Shown here: one piece after another, positions 26,059 to 34,936 of the stretch | Layout of the letters: each line of letters opens with the position of its first letter | How positions within the stretch are numbered: the stretch's first letter is position 1 | NCBI GenBank assembly: GCA_964522435.1 | Contig: CAZFUL010000006.1 | Span: 9,573-73,572, forward strand | Length of the DNA stretch: 64,000 nucleotides | Source: an uncultured Gammaproteobacteria bacterium | GTDB lineage: Bacteria; Patescibacteriota; Patescibacteriia; Magasanikbacterales; UBA922 | Direction of reading: 5' to 3' | Made by a program: the position numbers and the translations under genes | The notes under the pieces: model-generated | What the model was told of the DNA's origin: nothing | The model's input: the letters and a program-made list of their open reading frames with translations, nothing else | Databases searched by the model: none

Positions 26059-26907
26059 TTACTTCTCTCGGTTTTCCCCCTTTCGTTTCCTTCTTACGAC
26101 TTTCATGACTTCTCTGATATCAACATCTTGCAATTCCTTTGGAATATCTTTCTTACGTACAGGATTTAAAAATCGCATAGCATCTTTCGATGTATCTGGG
26201 AAGAATATATATTTTAGTTCGTTGATAAAAGCCAATTCCCTTACCACAAATATAAGGCTCTTTTTTAGTGGTTCGCCATTTATCCTAATATCCTCCCTAT
26301 GTATTATTATATTCGGATTTGCATAAATGTAGTCGAAGGCTTTATGGTTCACTCCTTCAAAATTAGGTTTAGACAAAAACATACTGTTTACCTTTATATT
26401 TCTTCCATCATACTCAACTCTAAAGACTACATCCTCTTCATTTTCAGGTATACCCTCTATAACAGGTATCGTTGCAAGATGCCCTTTTATTGCTTCTTTA
26501 TCCCTTATTAAAAAATCCAAACTTGTTTCATTTGCCAATTCGAGTGCGGGGACATCTGGATATCTTCTTCCCAATTCCACACCATCTACAAATCCTTCCA
26601 AAACATCCTCCACGCCCTCTTCTTTTATAGAAAAGGTATCAATATGCCCAACTAACCATTTTCGCTTCAATAACTGCCTCACAATGTCCACAAACGTAGC
26701 TTCACGTATGTATAGGCTCATCCCCCTATACTCAAAACTATTAGATAAGCTATACCTTTCTTCTTCCAATCGTTCCTCTACTTCTCTAACACTCATTCCG
26801 GACAAATCGTCACTATCGTACCCTGATATTTCTACGAGCTTTGATAATAGGAAAAAAGATGCTTGTTGTTGGTTTTCTATGTATGGCATATACATATATT
26901 TTACCAA
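26059..26907 (-). CDS. Hypothetical protein (282 aa)
   Basis: ORF only. Acidic. No recognisable family. Confidence 0.35.
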   Translation of the reverse strand: MVKYMYMPYIENQQQASFFLLSKLVEISGYDSDDLSGMSVREVEERLEEERYSLSNSFEYRGMSLYIREATFVDIVRQLLKRKWLVGHIDTFSIKEEGVEDVLEGFVDGVELGRRYPDVPALELANETSLDFLIRDKEAIKGHLATIPVIEGIPENEEDVVFRVEYDGRNIKVNSMFLSKPNFEGVNHKAFDYIYANPNIIIHREDIRINGEPLKKSLIFVVRELAFINELKYIFFPDTSKDAMRFLNPVRKKDIPKELQDVDIREVMKVVRRKRKGENREK

Positions 26908-27017
26908 AAAATCTCTTATTTTTCCAGATCATTTTTTTAACTTGTTTTTTACAAAAAAATAGGGTAATATATATGCGACTGCCTACAAACTAACGCAAAA
27001 AGTTCTATTATTTAAGG

Positions 27018-27092
27018 CCTTGGACTGTCTCAGTCTTTTCCGTTTGCGGATAAAGACGGGGCAGTCAACCTCCACAAACGGAAGGCCTTAGG
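27018..27092 (+). other. Multi-stem structured element upstream of ORF 27098 (outer stem GGCCTT/AAGGCC, inner CCGTTTGCGG/CCACAAACGG, hairpin GACTG-tct-CAGTC)
   Basis: aaggccttggactgtctcagtcttttccgtttgcggataaagacggggcagtcaacctccacaaacggaaggcctta. Confidence 0.3.
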
Positions 27093-27097
27093 GCTTT

Positions 27098-27547
27098 TTG
27101 CGAATAGTGGGCAGTCTGGTTGGCTGTCCTTTTTTGTTATTTAATTTTTTTAATATGCATTCAAAAATTCAAGAGGCAATATCTGCAGGATTATCAGAGG
27201 AGGATGCTAAGTACATCCTTTCAAAAAACCCCGAAGTTAAAAAAATAGCGTTGGACATCCTAGAAAATCAACAAGGCGGTACACTCTATTTAAAACACAA
27301 TGGATCACATCCTCAATCTCTATTTGGGCGTGAAAACTATCAATTAGTTGGAGACGAAAAACTTCTACAAATTATGGCCAACTGCTATGACAGTAGGCTC
27401 GATACCCTATCTGGGAAAATTGGATGGAAATCAATATATGCTAATCCCGGTATAAAAAAAATACTATTGAAAATACTAAACCCTTGGTTTGGAAGATACC
27501 CCTCTAATTTTACTCGGCAGGCAATGTTAAAAAAACTTTTAATGTAA
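27098..27547 (+). CDS. Hypothetical protein (likely start MHSKIQEAIS at ~27155)
   Basis: ORF only. Confidence 0.35.
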   Translation: MRIVGSLVGCPFLLFNFFNMHSKIQEAISAGLSEEDAKYILSKNPEVKKIALDILENQQGGTLYLKHNGSHPQSLFGRENYQLVGDEKLLQIMANCYDSRLDTLSGKIGWKSIYANPGIKKILLKILNPWFGRYPSNFTRQAMLKKLLM

Positions 27548-27553
27548 AAAAAT

Positions 27554-27751
27554 ATGGAAACAAAGAAAGAGAAAATAAACTCTGAACATAAGAAAATAGC
27601 TTGGCATCAAAATTTCAAGTGGTGGCACATCACTTTGATTTCTTTATTTTCTGCCGGGTTGTACTTGGTAACTAAAATTGTTATTTTTGATTATATCTTT
27701 TTAGTTGGATTTGTTTACTCTATTGTACTTGCTTTCAAAAAGAAAACTTAA
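27554..27751 (+). CDS. Hypothetical small membrane protein (65 aa, 2 TM)
   Basis: ORF, 6 nt after the preceding gene. Two hydrophobic helices. Confidence 0.3.
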   Translation: METKKEKINSEHKKIAWHQNFKWWHITLISLFSAGLYLVTKIVIFDYIFLVGFVYSIVLAFKKKT

Positions 27752-27881
27752 AGTTGGATCAAGCAAGGCTAATTTAGTTTCCACAATTTAGTACACCCAA
27801 AAAAGAGTTAATGATTGTCCTTCGTCCTAATTTTTGATATACTATATGTAAGTTCTTCACCCTCCCTAATCCTATATCTTT

Positions 27882-28478
27882 ATGACTAAAGATAAAACAA
27901 TTCGTTTTGCTTTCAAAAAAATTCTACAGGATCAATATGGTGATGACCCTAATACAAAAATAATTGAGGAATTAGGTGTTGCACATGGTGCTGCACGTAT
28001 AGATATAGCATCGGTTAATGGAATAATACATGGCTACGAACTCAAAAGTGATGCAGACACACTAAACCGCCTTCCGGAACAGATGGAAATTTACAACATG
28101 ATTTTTGACAAAATCACACTGATTGTAGGAAAAACCCATGTACATGAAGCAATAAAAAAAATCCCTGATTGGTGGGGAATTACACTAGCTAAAATTTCCA
28201 GTTCTGGTGATATTGTTTTCCTCTCAATTAGAGAGGCTGAGTTTAATAAAAAACAAGATTATTTTACCATAGCAAAATTACTCTGGAGACAAGAGGCTTT
28301 GTATATTCTAGAAGAACTAAAGGCAGCAAAAGGCATTAGGTCAAAATCTAGAGACACAATATATAATCGACTCGTCGAAACACTAGACCCTGACGTACTC
28401 AAAAAAACTGTAAACGAACAGTTGCGTATTAGGTTAAATTGGCGATCTGATACAGCACAAACTCTATGTGGTGGTTAA
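27882..28478 (+). CDS. sce7726-family-like protein with PD-(D/E)xK-type motif (…ARIDIASVNG…HGYELKSDADTL…)
   Basis: 198 aa. Recalled resemblance to the sce7726 family that pairs with the sce7725/Beta family. D-x9-E-L-K arrangement suggests a restriction-endonuclease-like fold (inference). Confidence 0.5.
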   Translation: MTKDKTIRFAFKKILQDQYGDDPNTKIIEELGVAHGAARIDIASVNGIIHGYELKSDADTLNRLPEQMEIYNMIFDKITLIVGKTHVHEAIKKIPDWWGITLAKISSSGDIVFLSIREAEFNKKQDYFTIAKLLWRQEALYILEELKAAKGIRSKSRDTIYNRLVETLDPDVLKKTVNEQLRIRLNWRSDTAQTLCGG

Positions 28479-29532
28479 TTCCTACTTGTATCCAAGTGGT
28501 TGAGTTACCAGTTCCTTTTGGGTCTTTGCCCAATTTTTTTTTCTCAATATATTCGGAAAGGTAATTAGCTTTCTCTAATATAATTTCATCACCGTAGCTA
28601 TGCTGTTCACCCCAAAAAAAATCATTATCAACAAGAGACTTTGCATGACCCAAAAATTGTGCAGGGTTCCCCTTGGTGCCTCTTAAAATAAGCCAATCAT
28701 CGTTAAGTGTATATTTTATACTTGAGGAAGCACCAAAATTTTCTGCGTATCTATTATAAATCGGATGACGAATAGAATAATCTGAAAATGTTGGCACTCT
28801 TTCTAACCCCAAATCATTCACCTCTTTCCAATTTAACCAATCCATACGAGCAACCAAATTTGTTTCACCCACTTTACATTCGGACAAATCTTGTGGGAAT
28901 GCTCCACTGCAAAATATGTAGCCTCTCCACTCAGTTAGCTTCTTGATGCTCTGACTTTTCTTCAAGTACTCAATATCTGTTTCGGCAGTCTCTTTCATGT
29001 CAACGAGTAAATCCATATTATCTCGTTTCAACTTAAATGTTTGAACGATAGACTCAATATTCCGATTACACTGATCAATATCTTTGAGGTCTTGCTTCAC
29101 GATACGTAAACAAATACCATCAAAATAATCAAGGTTTCTTTCACAAACTGCACTTTTAAAGTCATCAGGATCACTTAGATTAAAAACAGGTACAAACCTC
29201 AACCCAAGCTTAGAAGCAAGGTTACTAATTTTATCTACACTTTCTATTTTAATCTCATTTTCTATCAAACTAAAATCAATCAAAATTTGACCGTCCCCCC
29301 AGGTATCTTTAACTTGTTGTGGTATTTCATCAATTTTTTTTCTAAACTCCATAATCTGCCATTGTGTGATTTCCTCTAAATTTTCTCGAACTAATGGTTT
29401 CCCTCCTTTATATTTTGGCATCACCAATTCAATCAAAGGTCTAATCATTGTTTTATTTTTTACGAACTTGAGTGCATTGCGTTCCGCAGATTTCCACTTA
29501 AGAACGGGAACATAATTATTAGTATCTGACAT
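28429..29532 (-). CDS. sce7725 / Beta-protein-family-like protein (start MSDTNNYVPVLKWKSAERNALKF…PLIELV)
   Basis: N-terminal YVP[IV]LKWK-x-[AG]E-x-x-AL ... PLIE signature recalled for the Beta-protein/sce7725 family. ATG at 29530-29532 lies 4 nt after the HigA stop. The ORF track extends to 29586. 3' end overlaps the convergent 27882-28478 gene by 50 nt. Confidence 0.5.
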   Translation of the reverse strand: MSDTNNYVPVLKWKSAERNALKFVKNKTMIRPLIELVMPKYKGGKPLVRENLEEITQWQIMEFRKKIDEIPQQVKDTWGDGQILIDFSLIENEIKIESVDKISNLASKLGLRFVPVFNLSDPDDFKSAVCERNLDYFDGICLRIVKQDLKDIDQCNRNIESIVQTFKLKRDNMDLLVDMKETAETDIEYLKKSQSIKKLTEWRGYIFCSGAFPQDLSECKVGETNLVARMDWLNWKEVNDLGLERVPTFSDYSIRHPIYNRYAENFGASSSIKYTLNDDWLILRGTKGNPAQFLGHAKSLVDNDFFWGEQHSYGDEIILEKANYLSEYIEKKKLGKDPKGTGNSTTWIQVGINHHIEFVLYQIANLT

Positions 29533-29536
29533 AATA

Positions 29537-30769
29537 TTAATTTTGACGGGCGGCATCGAAAAAATGACGCACCTTTGCATCCCCAATTATTTTATTTAAA
29601 TACACGTAATTACCTCTTTCATGCCTTATTTTTCCAGCAATAATTGCCACATGAATGCCCAGTTCTTTTGCTAAGCTATTAGCAGCTAGTGGTGAAGGAA
29701 CCAATTTCGCAGCACTTACATCCCATTTATCACTAGGAACTAATGCTTCTCCAGCCAAGTTGTCAGCCTCCTTTTCTTTTTCATCGATTTCCATACCTTT
29801 TATTCCGTCTAGCTCATCGAAAAATAACTCAGAACTGTTGCCGTAGTGCAATGCTATATGAGCTAATTCATGCATTAATGTAAACCAAAAGTTATCAAGC
29901 CGATCATGTCTAAGTGTTAACCCTATAACTGGTTTATCTTCAATAGTAAACATGGCCGCTCCATCTAAACGAGTTTTAGGAAAGTGAGGTTCAGTAACAA
30001 GTACTATCCCATGATTTTTAAGAAATTCTTGAGCTAACAAGGGGCTTTTATCTTGTATGCTTAACTTCACTAGACGCCTCATGAAATCAAGGTCTATTAT
30101 ACCTTTTTTGTATTTAATAGGTGTTTCTATTTCATAAGCTTTTTTTAGTACACAGCCAGCCCAGGCTGAAAGAGCTTGTCGATCTGTTGTTGGTGAGGAT
30201 CTGTAATTTGTTTGTCTAAGTAATCCCTGGAATTGAAGAGGAGAACCCCCTAGTGAGAAAAAAGTTTTTAATACTGTAGAACCATTCTCTCCATCAAACA
30301 TTTGATCTCCAAAATAGCCACGTTTACTCATTTCCTTCAACAAATGTTTACTCCAATTGGCGAACATGGGAACCCCTTCTTTGTCAGGTTTTCTTAAAAG
30401 TGCCTTTGCGGGTATCCCCAAACCATCTTCAAGAGATCTCATCATTTCAACCGTCAATTGACGTTTACCGGAAAGTATTTCAGACACTCGACTTCGACTT
30501 CCTATAAAAGGAACAAGATCAGTTGGTTTTAAGCCTAGTTGATCCATTCTAAATAGAATGGCGTCAATAGCACCTACTACAGACTCTGGAAACTGCTGAG
30601 ACTCATATTCTTTGACAAGAGTAACTAGAAGAGATAGTTTTTCGCCCTCTTCTGTGTCAGGATCAGGATCACTAATCATGAGCTGCTCAATAAATTTGAG
30701 AGCCTCATCATAGTCAGATTGATTTTTTATGAGTTTTATTTTATTAGACATACAACAATTAGTTACCAT
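29537..30769 (-). CDS. higA: HigA-family antitoxin (XRE HTH) fused to ImmA/IrrE-type Zn-metallopeptidase domain (HEXXH: MHELAH)
   Basis: N-terminal ~120 aa closely resembles HigA (…FIGSRSRVSEILSGKRQLTVEMMRSLEDGLGIPAKALL). C-terminal ~290 aa carries the HELAH Zn-peptidase motif typical of COG2856/ImmA. ATG overlaps the higB stop (ATGGTAA). Confidence 0.7.
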   Translation of the reverse strand: MVTNCCMSNKIKLIKNQSDYDEALKFIEQLMISDPDPDTEEGEKLSLLVTLVKEYESQQFPESVVGAIDAILFRMDQLGLKPTDLVPFIGSRSRVSEILSGKRQLTVEMMRSLEDGLGIPAKALLRKPDKEGVPMFANWSKHLLKEMSKRGYFGDQMFDGENGSTVLKTFFSLGGSPLQFQGLLRQTNYRSSPTTDRQALSAWAGCVLKKAYEIETPIKYKKGIIDLDFMRRLVKLSIQDKSPLLAQEFLKNHGIVLVTEPHFPKTRLDGAAMFTIEDKPVIGLTLRHDRLDNFWFTLMHELAHIALHYGNSSELFFDELDGIKGMEIDEKEKEADNLAGEALVPSDKWDVSAAKLVPSPLAANSLAKELGIHVAIIAGKIRHERGNYVYLNKIIGDAKVRHFFDAARQN

Positions 30770-31041
30770 TTCATATACTCATCATGTGTACCCACATTTT
30801 TTACGAGAACAATGTAATTTTTGTAATTTATTCGTACTCTCAAGCGGTACTTATTTCCTCTAATATTAAATACAACTTCGTCCTCAGGTAGAATACTTGC
30901 TTTGGGATACCTATTTTTGACAGCCGAGGGTGTATCCCAATGAGCATCATTTGCCTCACATTCCCATGCCTCCATGTGTTTTTTCGCATCAGCATGTTTC
31001 TGCTTGAAATTTTCTAATATCTGTTGTCCAATCAGTTTCAT
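30763..31041 (-). CDS. higB: HigB-family type II toxin (RelE/ParE superfamily mRNA interferase)
   Basis: 92 aa. …FNIRGNKYRLRVRINYKNYIVLVKNVGTHDEY… aligns with the E. coli HigB pattern (FNVGGNELRVV…VMTHKEYD). Toxin-first gene order as in higBA. Confidence 0.75.
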   Translation of the reverse strand: MKLIGQQILENFKQKHADAKKHMEAWECEANDAHWDTPSAVKNRYPKASILPEDEVVFNIRGNKYRLRVRINYKNYIVLVKNVGTHDEYMKW

Positions 31042-31213
31042 ACGAAAAGCCGTCTGCTATTTATGGTATATACAATGTTCCCATATTGGGATATAATAAC
31101 ATACCATCAATATTACTTCAAGGGAGCTTTGTGGATAAAATTTATACTGCACCATCCAGTACAAACCGACTCTTTTGAAAATACGTTATAATCTTGTCCA
31201 CTACGTCCCGCAG

Positions 31214-31246
31214 GAAAAAATCCCTCATCAGAGGGGTTTTTTATTT
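31214..31246. terminator. Bidirectional intrinsic terminator (AAAAAATCCCTC-atca-GAGGGGTTTTTT)
   Basis: 5-6-bp GC stem with flanking A-run and T-run. Confidence 0.7.
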
Positions 31247-31298
31247 TATCTATTTTGCTATATACATGCTATACTAAATAGAGTATATACTCTCTCCT

Positions 31299-31697
31299 AT
31301 GAAAAAATTTTTACAGATATTTTTTATCACCTTAGGTAGTATCTTTTTTGTTCTTATTCTTGCCGGTATCTATCTCTATATTGCAGATCCATTTCATATA
31401 AAACCACTGTTTATCAATAACAGCGATACCATACTGCCTATAGAGGAACCCACATCTACTACCCAAGAAACTCCCTCTCCTAAAACGACCTCTGCTGATA
31501 AACACCCACTATTATCAGAAGCTCAAGAAAAAACAGTAGAAAAAGTTGGCATTGATCCAGCACAACTTCCGACGCAACTGACTCCTGAAATGGAAGCCTG
31601 CTTTAACAGCGCATTAGGTGAAGCGCGAGTGAATGAAATTAAAGCAGGGGCAACACCAACCGTTGTGGATTATATGACGGCTCGTGGCTGTTTATAA
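31299..31697 (+). CDS. Hypothetical exported/membrane-anchored protein (132 aa)
   Basis: N-terminal hydrophobic helix (ITLGSIFFVLILAGIYLYI), Ser/Thr/Pro-rich linker, C-terminal Cys pair. Strong terminator follows at 31715-31757 (GAGCCCTAAACT-atatta-AGTTTAGGGCTC-TTTT). Confidence 0.45.
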   Translation: MKKFLQIFFITLGSIFFVLILAGIYLYIADPFHIKPLFINNSDTILPIEEPTSTTQETPSPKTTSADKHPLLSEAQEKTVEKVGIDPAQLPTQLTPEMEACFNSALGEARVNEIKAGATPTVVDYMTARGCL

Positions 31698-31817
31698 AAC
31701 AAAAACTATATCTATAAAAAAAGAGCCCTAAACTATATTAAGTTTAGGGCTCTTTTGAGTCCCCGATCTTGTGTGCCCGTTCACAAGATCAGGGAAAAAT
31801 GCACAGTGATGTAGTAT

Positions 31818-32252
31818 CTACCCGCGTGGTGATCGACGCGGCGGGAGTTCACTGAATGCTTCTTCGATCGTTACGCCACCTCCCCGATCCTGGGCAAGTT
31901 GCCATGCCCTCATGTAGCAATTGCGGCAGACGTGATGCGTGCCGATGGTTCGGCGAACATTGTCTGAAGCATTTGCCTCCAAAAAAGTCGAGCACCCAGG
32001 CGCTGCGCAGGTTGTAGCGATGCGAGGAAGCGCTCGCCGTGGCGGAGCAAGATCTGCTTGAAAGACCTCTGCCAGTGTCTTGCCGCTGTTTCTGGCCAGC
32101 TCCCAAATACGCTGGTAACAGCCTCGGCAGAGCTGTTCCCCGTTGATCGATCGCTGCGTGCCTTGAGTAGCTTTGGCAGAGGGTTTGCCACAGCCAGGCG
32201 CAGCACAGATTTCATCCGTCATCGATTTCTCCCTATATCCCATCCTTGGCAA
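31818..32252 (-). CDS. Hypothetical protein with duplicated Cys4 zinc-finger-like domain (2x CAAPGC…CRxCYxRxWxLA…G-T-x-x-E-x-F…LPPRR)
   Basis: 144 aa. The internal ~65-aa duplication is obvious in translation. GC (~60%) is well above the host's. Confidence 0.45.
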   Translation of the reverse strand: MPRMGYREKSMTDEICAAPGCGKPSAKATQGTQRSINGEQLCRGCYQRIWELARNSGKTLAEVFQADLAPPRRALPRIATTCAAPGCSTFLEANASDNVRRTIGTHHVCRNCYMRAWQLAQDRGGGVTIEEAFSELPPRRSPRG

Positions 32253-32375
32253 TATTACCGAAAATACTCATCAAACCAAGATGGTTAACAAGTACAATTT
32301 AATTAATCAAACAATCACTTTAATGTCAAGATACCAATATAAAGTACATATAACTGAATTAAAAAATTTTTAATA

Positions 32376-32408
32376 ATAAAAAACCCCGATTAAAATCGGA
32401 GTTTTTTA
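32376..32408. terminator. Intrinsic terminator (AAAAACCCCGAT-taaa-ATCGGAGTTTTTT)
   Basis: Hairpin plus T-run in an AT-rich spacer. Confidence 0.6.
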
Positions 32409-32603
32409 TTCCTCAATCAGCTCATAGCGATATAAGATGATATTCAGCTTCGGGGGTTTGCATAATATAGTCAATTTCATTTCTCATTTACCCCGTTGGC
32501 CGCTTGTACACATGGTTTTTAATATTTTATAACATGTATAGCGAACCAAGACACATTTGCAACGAACTAAGCGAGAACGATAGCGCTTTTTGGGCGCGAT
32601 GTT

Positions 32604-33032
32604 CTACTGCTTTTTCATTGCGATTTCACGACACTTTGTACACTGACGTTCATGCGGCAACTGCATGAACTCTTGGATGGTGAGAAAGTTGAGGTAAATA
32701 TCCCCACCCCAACCGTCATTTTTGATGTGAGGATCTCCACACTCGTAGGCGTGGAAGATGCTCACACGAGCTCCAAACGTGTAGTCGTCGTGGAAGATCC
32801 ACGCACAGGTCTCGCAGCGATCCGCGTCCGAAAGACGGGCAAAGACGTCACCATTCACCCAGCGCTCGGTTACCCGATCGCAGTCCTCCTGGACGGATGC
32901 GGCACCAGGCAATGTGAAAATCAAGTGATGCTTCATCACTCGTTCCTCCTTGCAGTCATCCTTGGCATGATTGCCGACTGCCTTCGTATAACAGACTCTC
33001 TTATACAAGGGCAGGTAACAATATGACTCCAC
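32604..33032 (-). CDS. Hypothetical Cys/His-rich protein (likely start MKHHLIF at ~32937)
   Basis: ORF in the GC-elevated patch. No recognisable family. Confidence 0.35.
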   Translation of the reverse strand: MESYCYLPLYKRVCYTKAVGNHAKDDCKEERVMKHHLIFTLPGAASVQEDCDRVTERWVNGDVFARLSDADRCETCAWIFHDDYTFGARVSIFHAYECGDPHIKNDGWGGDIYLNFLTIQEFMQLPHERQCTKCREIAMKKQ

Positions 33033-33164
33033 ACCATAACAAAATAGATGTAATTTGTCAAGGATGGCTATTTCTTATTAAGAAAATACACGGTCACCCT
33101 TGCTACTTGAAGATTTCCTCAATCCATGCTATATCTAACAAACACCCAAAAGGAGAGGTGTATC

Positions 33165-33908
33165 ATGATGAAGTATTTGCTTTTCGTCTTCACGCTCATG
33201 ACTACTGGCTGTGCGCAAGATCCGCACCCAAGCCCTGAGCAAGAGCCGGTCGATGTCGGGGTCGGGGTCGGTGTCGAGCAGGATGCCAACAACGACCAAA
33301 CCGATGCCACTCCCTGCCCCATCACCATGTCAGACGCTGGTGAGGACATCACCCTCAGCTGGCGGTTCAATGGGCTGTCGCAGGTCTTTTACTTTGGTGG
33401 CGATGCCAGCGAAGAACCTGTCCCCTTCTCGTTCGAGGAGCATGAGACGACTCTCGCCGCCGAGCATCTGCAACCCTATGCGTTCCTTCTTGCGATCGCC
33501 TGCTTGTCAGGAGATGATTTCAATGAGATTCCCAACCGGCTGATCCCCTACGAACGTCCAAAAGTAGGAGACTGCATCTCCGCTTCATTTTCCGTGGAAG
33601 AACTGGAAGGAGCTCAGCAGGGAGCAGAAAACTGCCATGCCTACATTCTTCTTCTGTGTGACCCCTACCAGATTGAGGATGAAGGATCGCAAGAAAAAGG
33701 TGGTGGGAACTGTTTCAACGCAAATGAATTGTATCCCATTCCACAAGCCCCACCGTTCACGGGTGTACGGGTGACCGGCCAAATGTTTCTGCGTGCACCA
33801 GCTGTGCCAGAAACTGAGCTGAGCCATATCTGCCCAACATGGTTCGAGACCGAACGGGCCTCGTACTGTCGCCCGGGCTTCTACGGCTCGATCCTCAACC
33901 CCAACTAA
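33165..33908 (+). CDS. Hypothetical lipoprotein (signal MMKYLLFVFTLMTTGC) with VGVGVGV low-complexity linker
   Basis: Lipobox LMTTGC. ORF-track start at 33126 is probably upstream of the true Met at 33165. Confidence 0.5.
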   Translation: MMKYLLFVFTLMTTGCAQDPHPSPEQEPVDVGVGVGVEQDANNDQTDATPCPITMSDAGEDITLSWRFNGLSQVFYFGGDASEEPVPFSFEEHETTLAAEHLQPYAFLLAIACLSGDDFNEIPNRLIPYERPKVGDCISASFSVEELEGAQQGAENCHAYILLLCDPYQIEDEGSQEKGGGNCFNANELYPIPQAPPFTGVRVTGQMFLRAPAVPETELSHICPTWFETERASYCRPGFYGSILNPN

Positions 33909-34070
33909 ACCAACACGGTGCAGTCATGCACCCGTTGGAGGAATAACACAAGCCACTCCAACGTCACAACTTGTTGAAGTCATTCAACAGGTTATGACGA
34001 GTGGCTTGTTTTATGTTACGTATATAATTTAGCATATGCTATACTGAGCGTACTTTTTAATATCTATATT

Positions 34071-34931
34071 ATGGAACCAAATAAACGAACCCTTTCTATT
34101 ACTCCAATACTTATACTAAGTATTCTTGTAGGTACTCTTGCTATTGGTGGGATAGTATATCTTTTACGCACAGATAGCACACATGATGCCTCAACATCAA
34201 TCAATAATTCTCAGATCTTTTCTCTTCAAGAAACAATTGAAATTCAACGAAAAAAAATAGGATTGTTAGAACAACAATCGAAAAAAGAAACGGAAGCAAT
34301 GGTCCCCGAATCACGCGTTCAAGAAATTGTTGAATCATACCAAGACTATATTCTTACGCGTGATGAGACTATCCCAGCATTATCGCCTGATGATAGCGCT
34401 TCTTTCTCAGATGACATACTTGGATTAGCTTTTAATTACCCAAAAACATTGGGAGAACTACGTATTGGCATTGAACCAAAACAAGTTGTTGAAGAAGGAC
34501 AAGAGGAATATGAACGTGCTCTTTTTGTGCTAGTAAATAATTCAACCGAAGGGGTGCATTTTCTTAGTGCAACAAACGGCAAAAAACAGGAAGGACGCGG
34601 TCTCTTCTATGGAGATCAAGCGCGTCACTTACTCACAGTAACCAATTTGCAAGAGGTATGTGACTCGTTCGAATCAGAAGAATCATGGTGGGGAGCAAAA
34701 GTAATTGATTGTACGGTGATGACCAACCGCTATGGTCTTTCCTATGTAAAATACATAACTCCTGCTCCAGAATTTGGCTCTCCTAATCCCCTCGCAGTAC
34801 TCTATATATTTAAAAATCCACAAAGTGAATTTGGCTATGTCGCCCTTTCTTCTAGCCGAATAAAAACATCACTTCATGAGGGAGAAATTATTTTAGATCA
34901 AATCATGCAAAGTATGCAATTTACACAATAA
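34071..34931 (+). CDS. Hypothetical N-terminally membrane-anchored protein (286 aa)
   Basis: N-terminal TM (LSITPILILSILVGTLAIGGIVYLL), coiled-coil stretch, globular C-terminal domain. Confidence 0.45.
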   Translation: MEPNKRTLSITPILILSILVGTLAIGGIVYLLRTDSTHDASTSINNSQIFSLQETIEIQRKKIGLLEQQSKKETEAMVPESRVQEIVESYQDYILTRDETIPALSPDDSASFSDDILGLAFNYPKTLGELRIGIEPKQVVEEGQEEYERALFVLVNNSTEGVHFLSATNGKKQEGRGLFYGDQARHLLTVTNLQEVCDSFESEESWWGAKVIDCTVMTNRYGLSYVKYITPAPEFGSPNPLAVLYIFKNPQSEFGYVALSSSRIKTSLHEGEIILDQIMQSMQFTQ

Positions 34932-34936
34932 TTTTT

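Larger units (their letters stand above)
23489..33950. mobile_element. Putative integrative element at tRNA-Asp (integrase plus cargo including TA/defence-like genes); right boundary uncertain (33950-35870)
   Basis: Integrase abuts and overlaps the tRNA 3' end. Cargo is mostly hypotheticals, HigBA, sce7725/sce7726-like genes and a compositionally distinct patch. Host core genes resume by ~37700. Confidence 0.45.

Noticed and set aside
31760-31792. Inverted repeat GATCTTGTG-tgcccgt-CACAAGATC as terminator
   Set aside because: Good 9-bp stem but no T-run on either strand. Kept only as an unclassified inverted repeat at the start of the GC-elevated patch.
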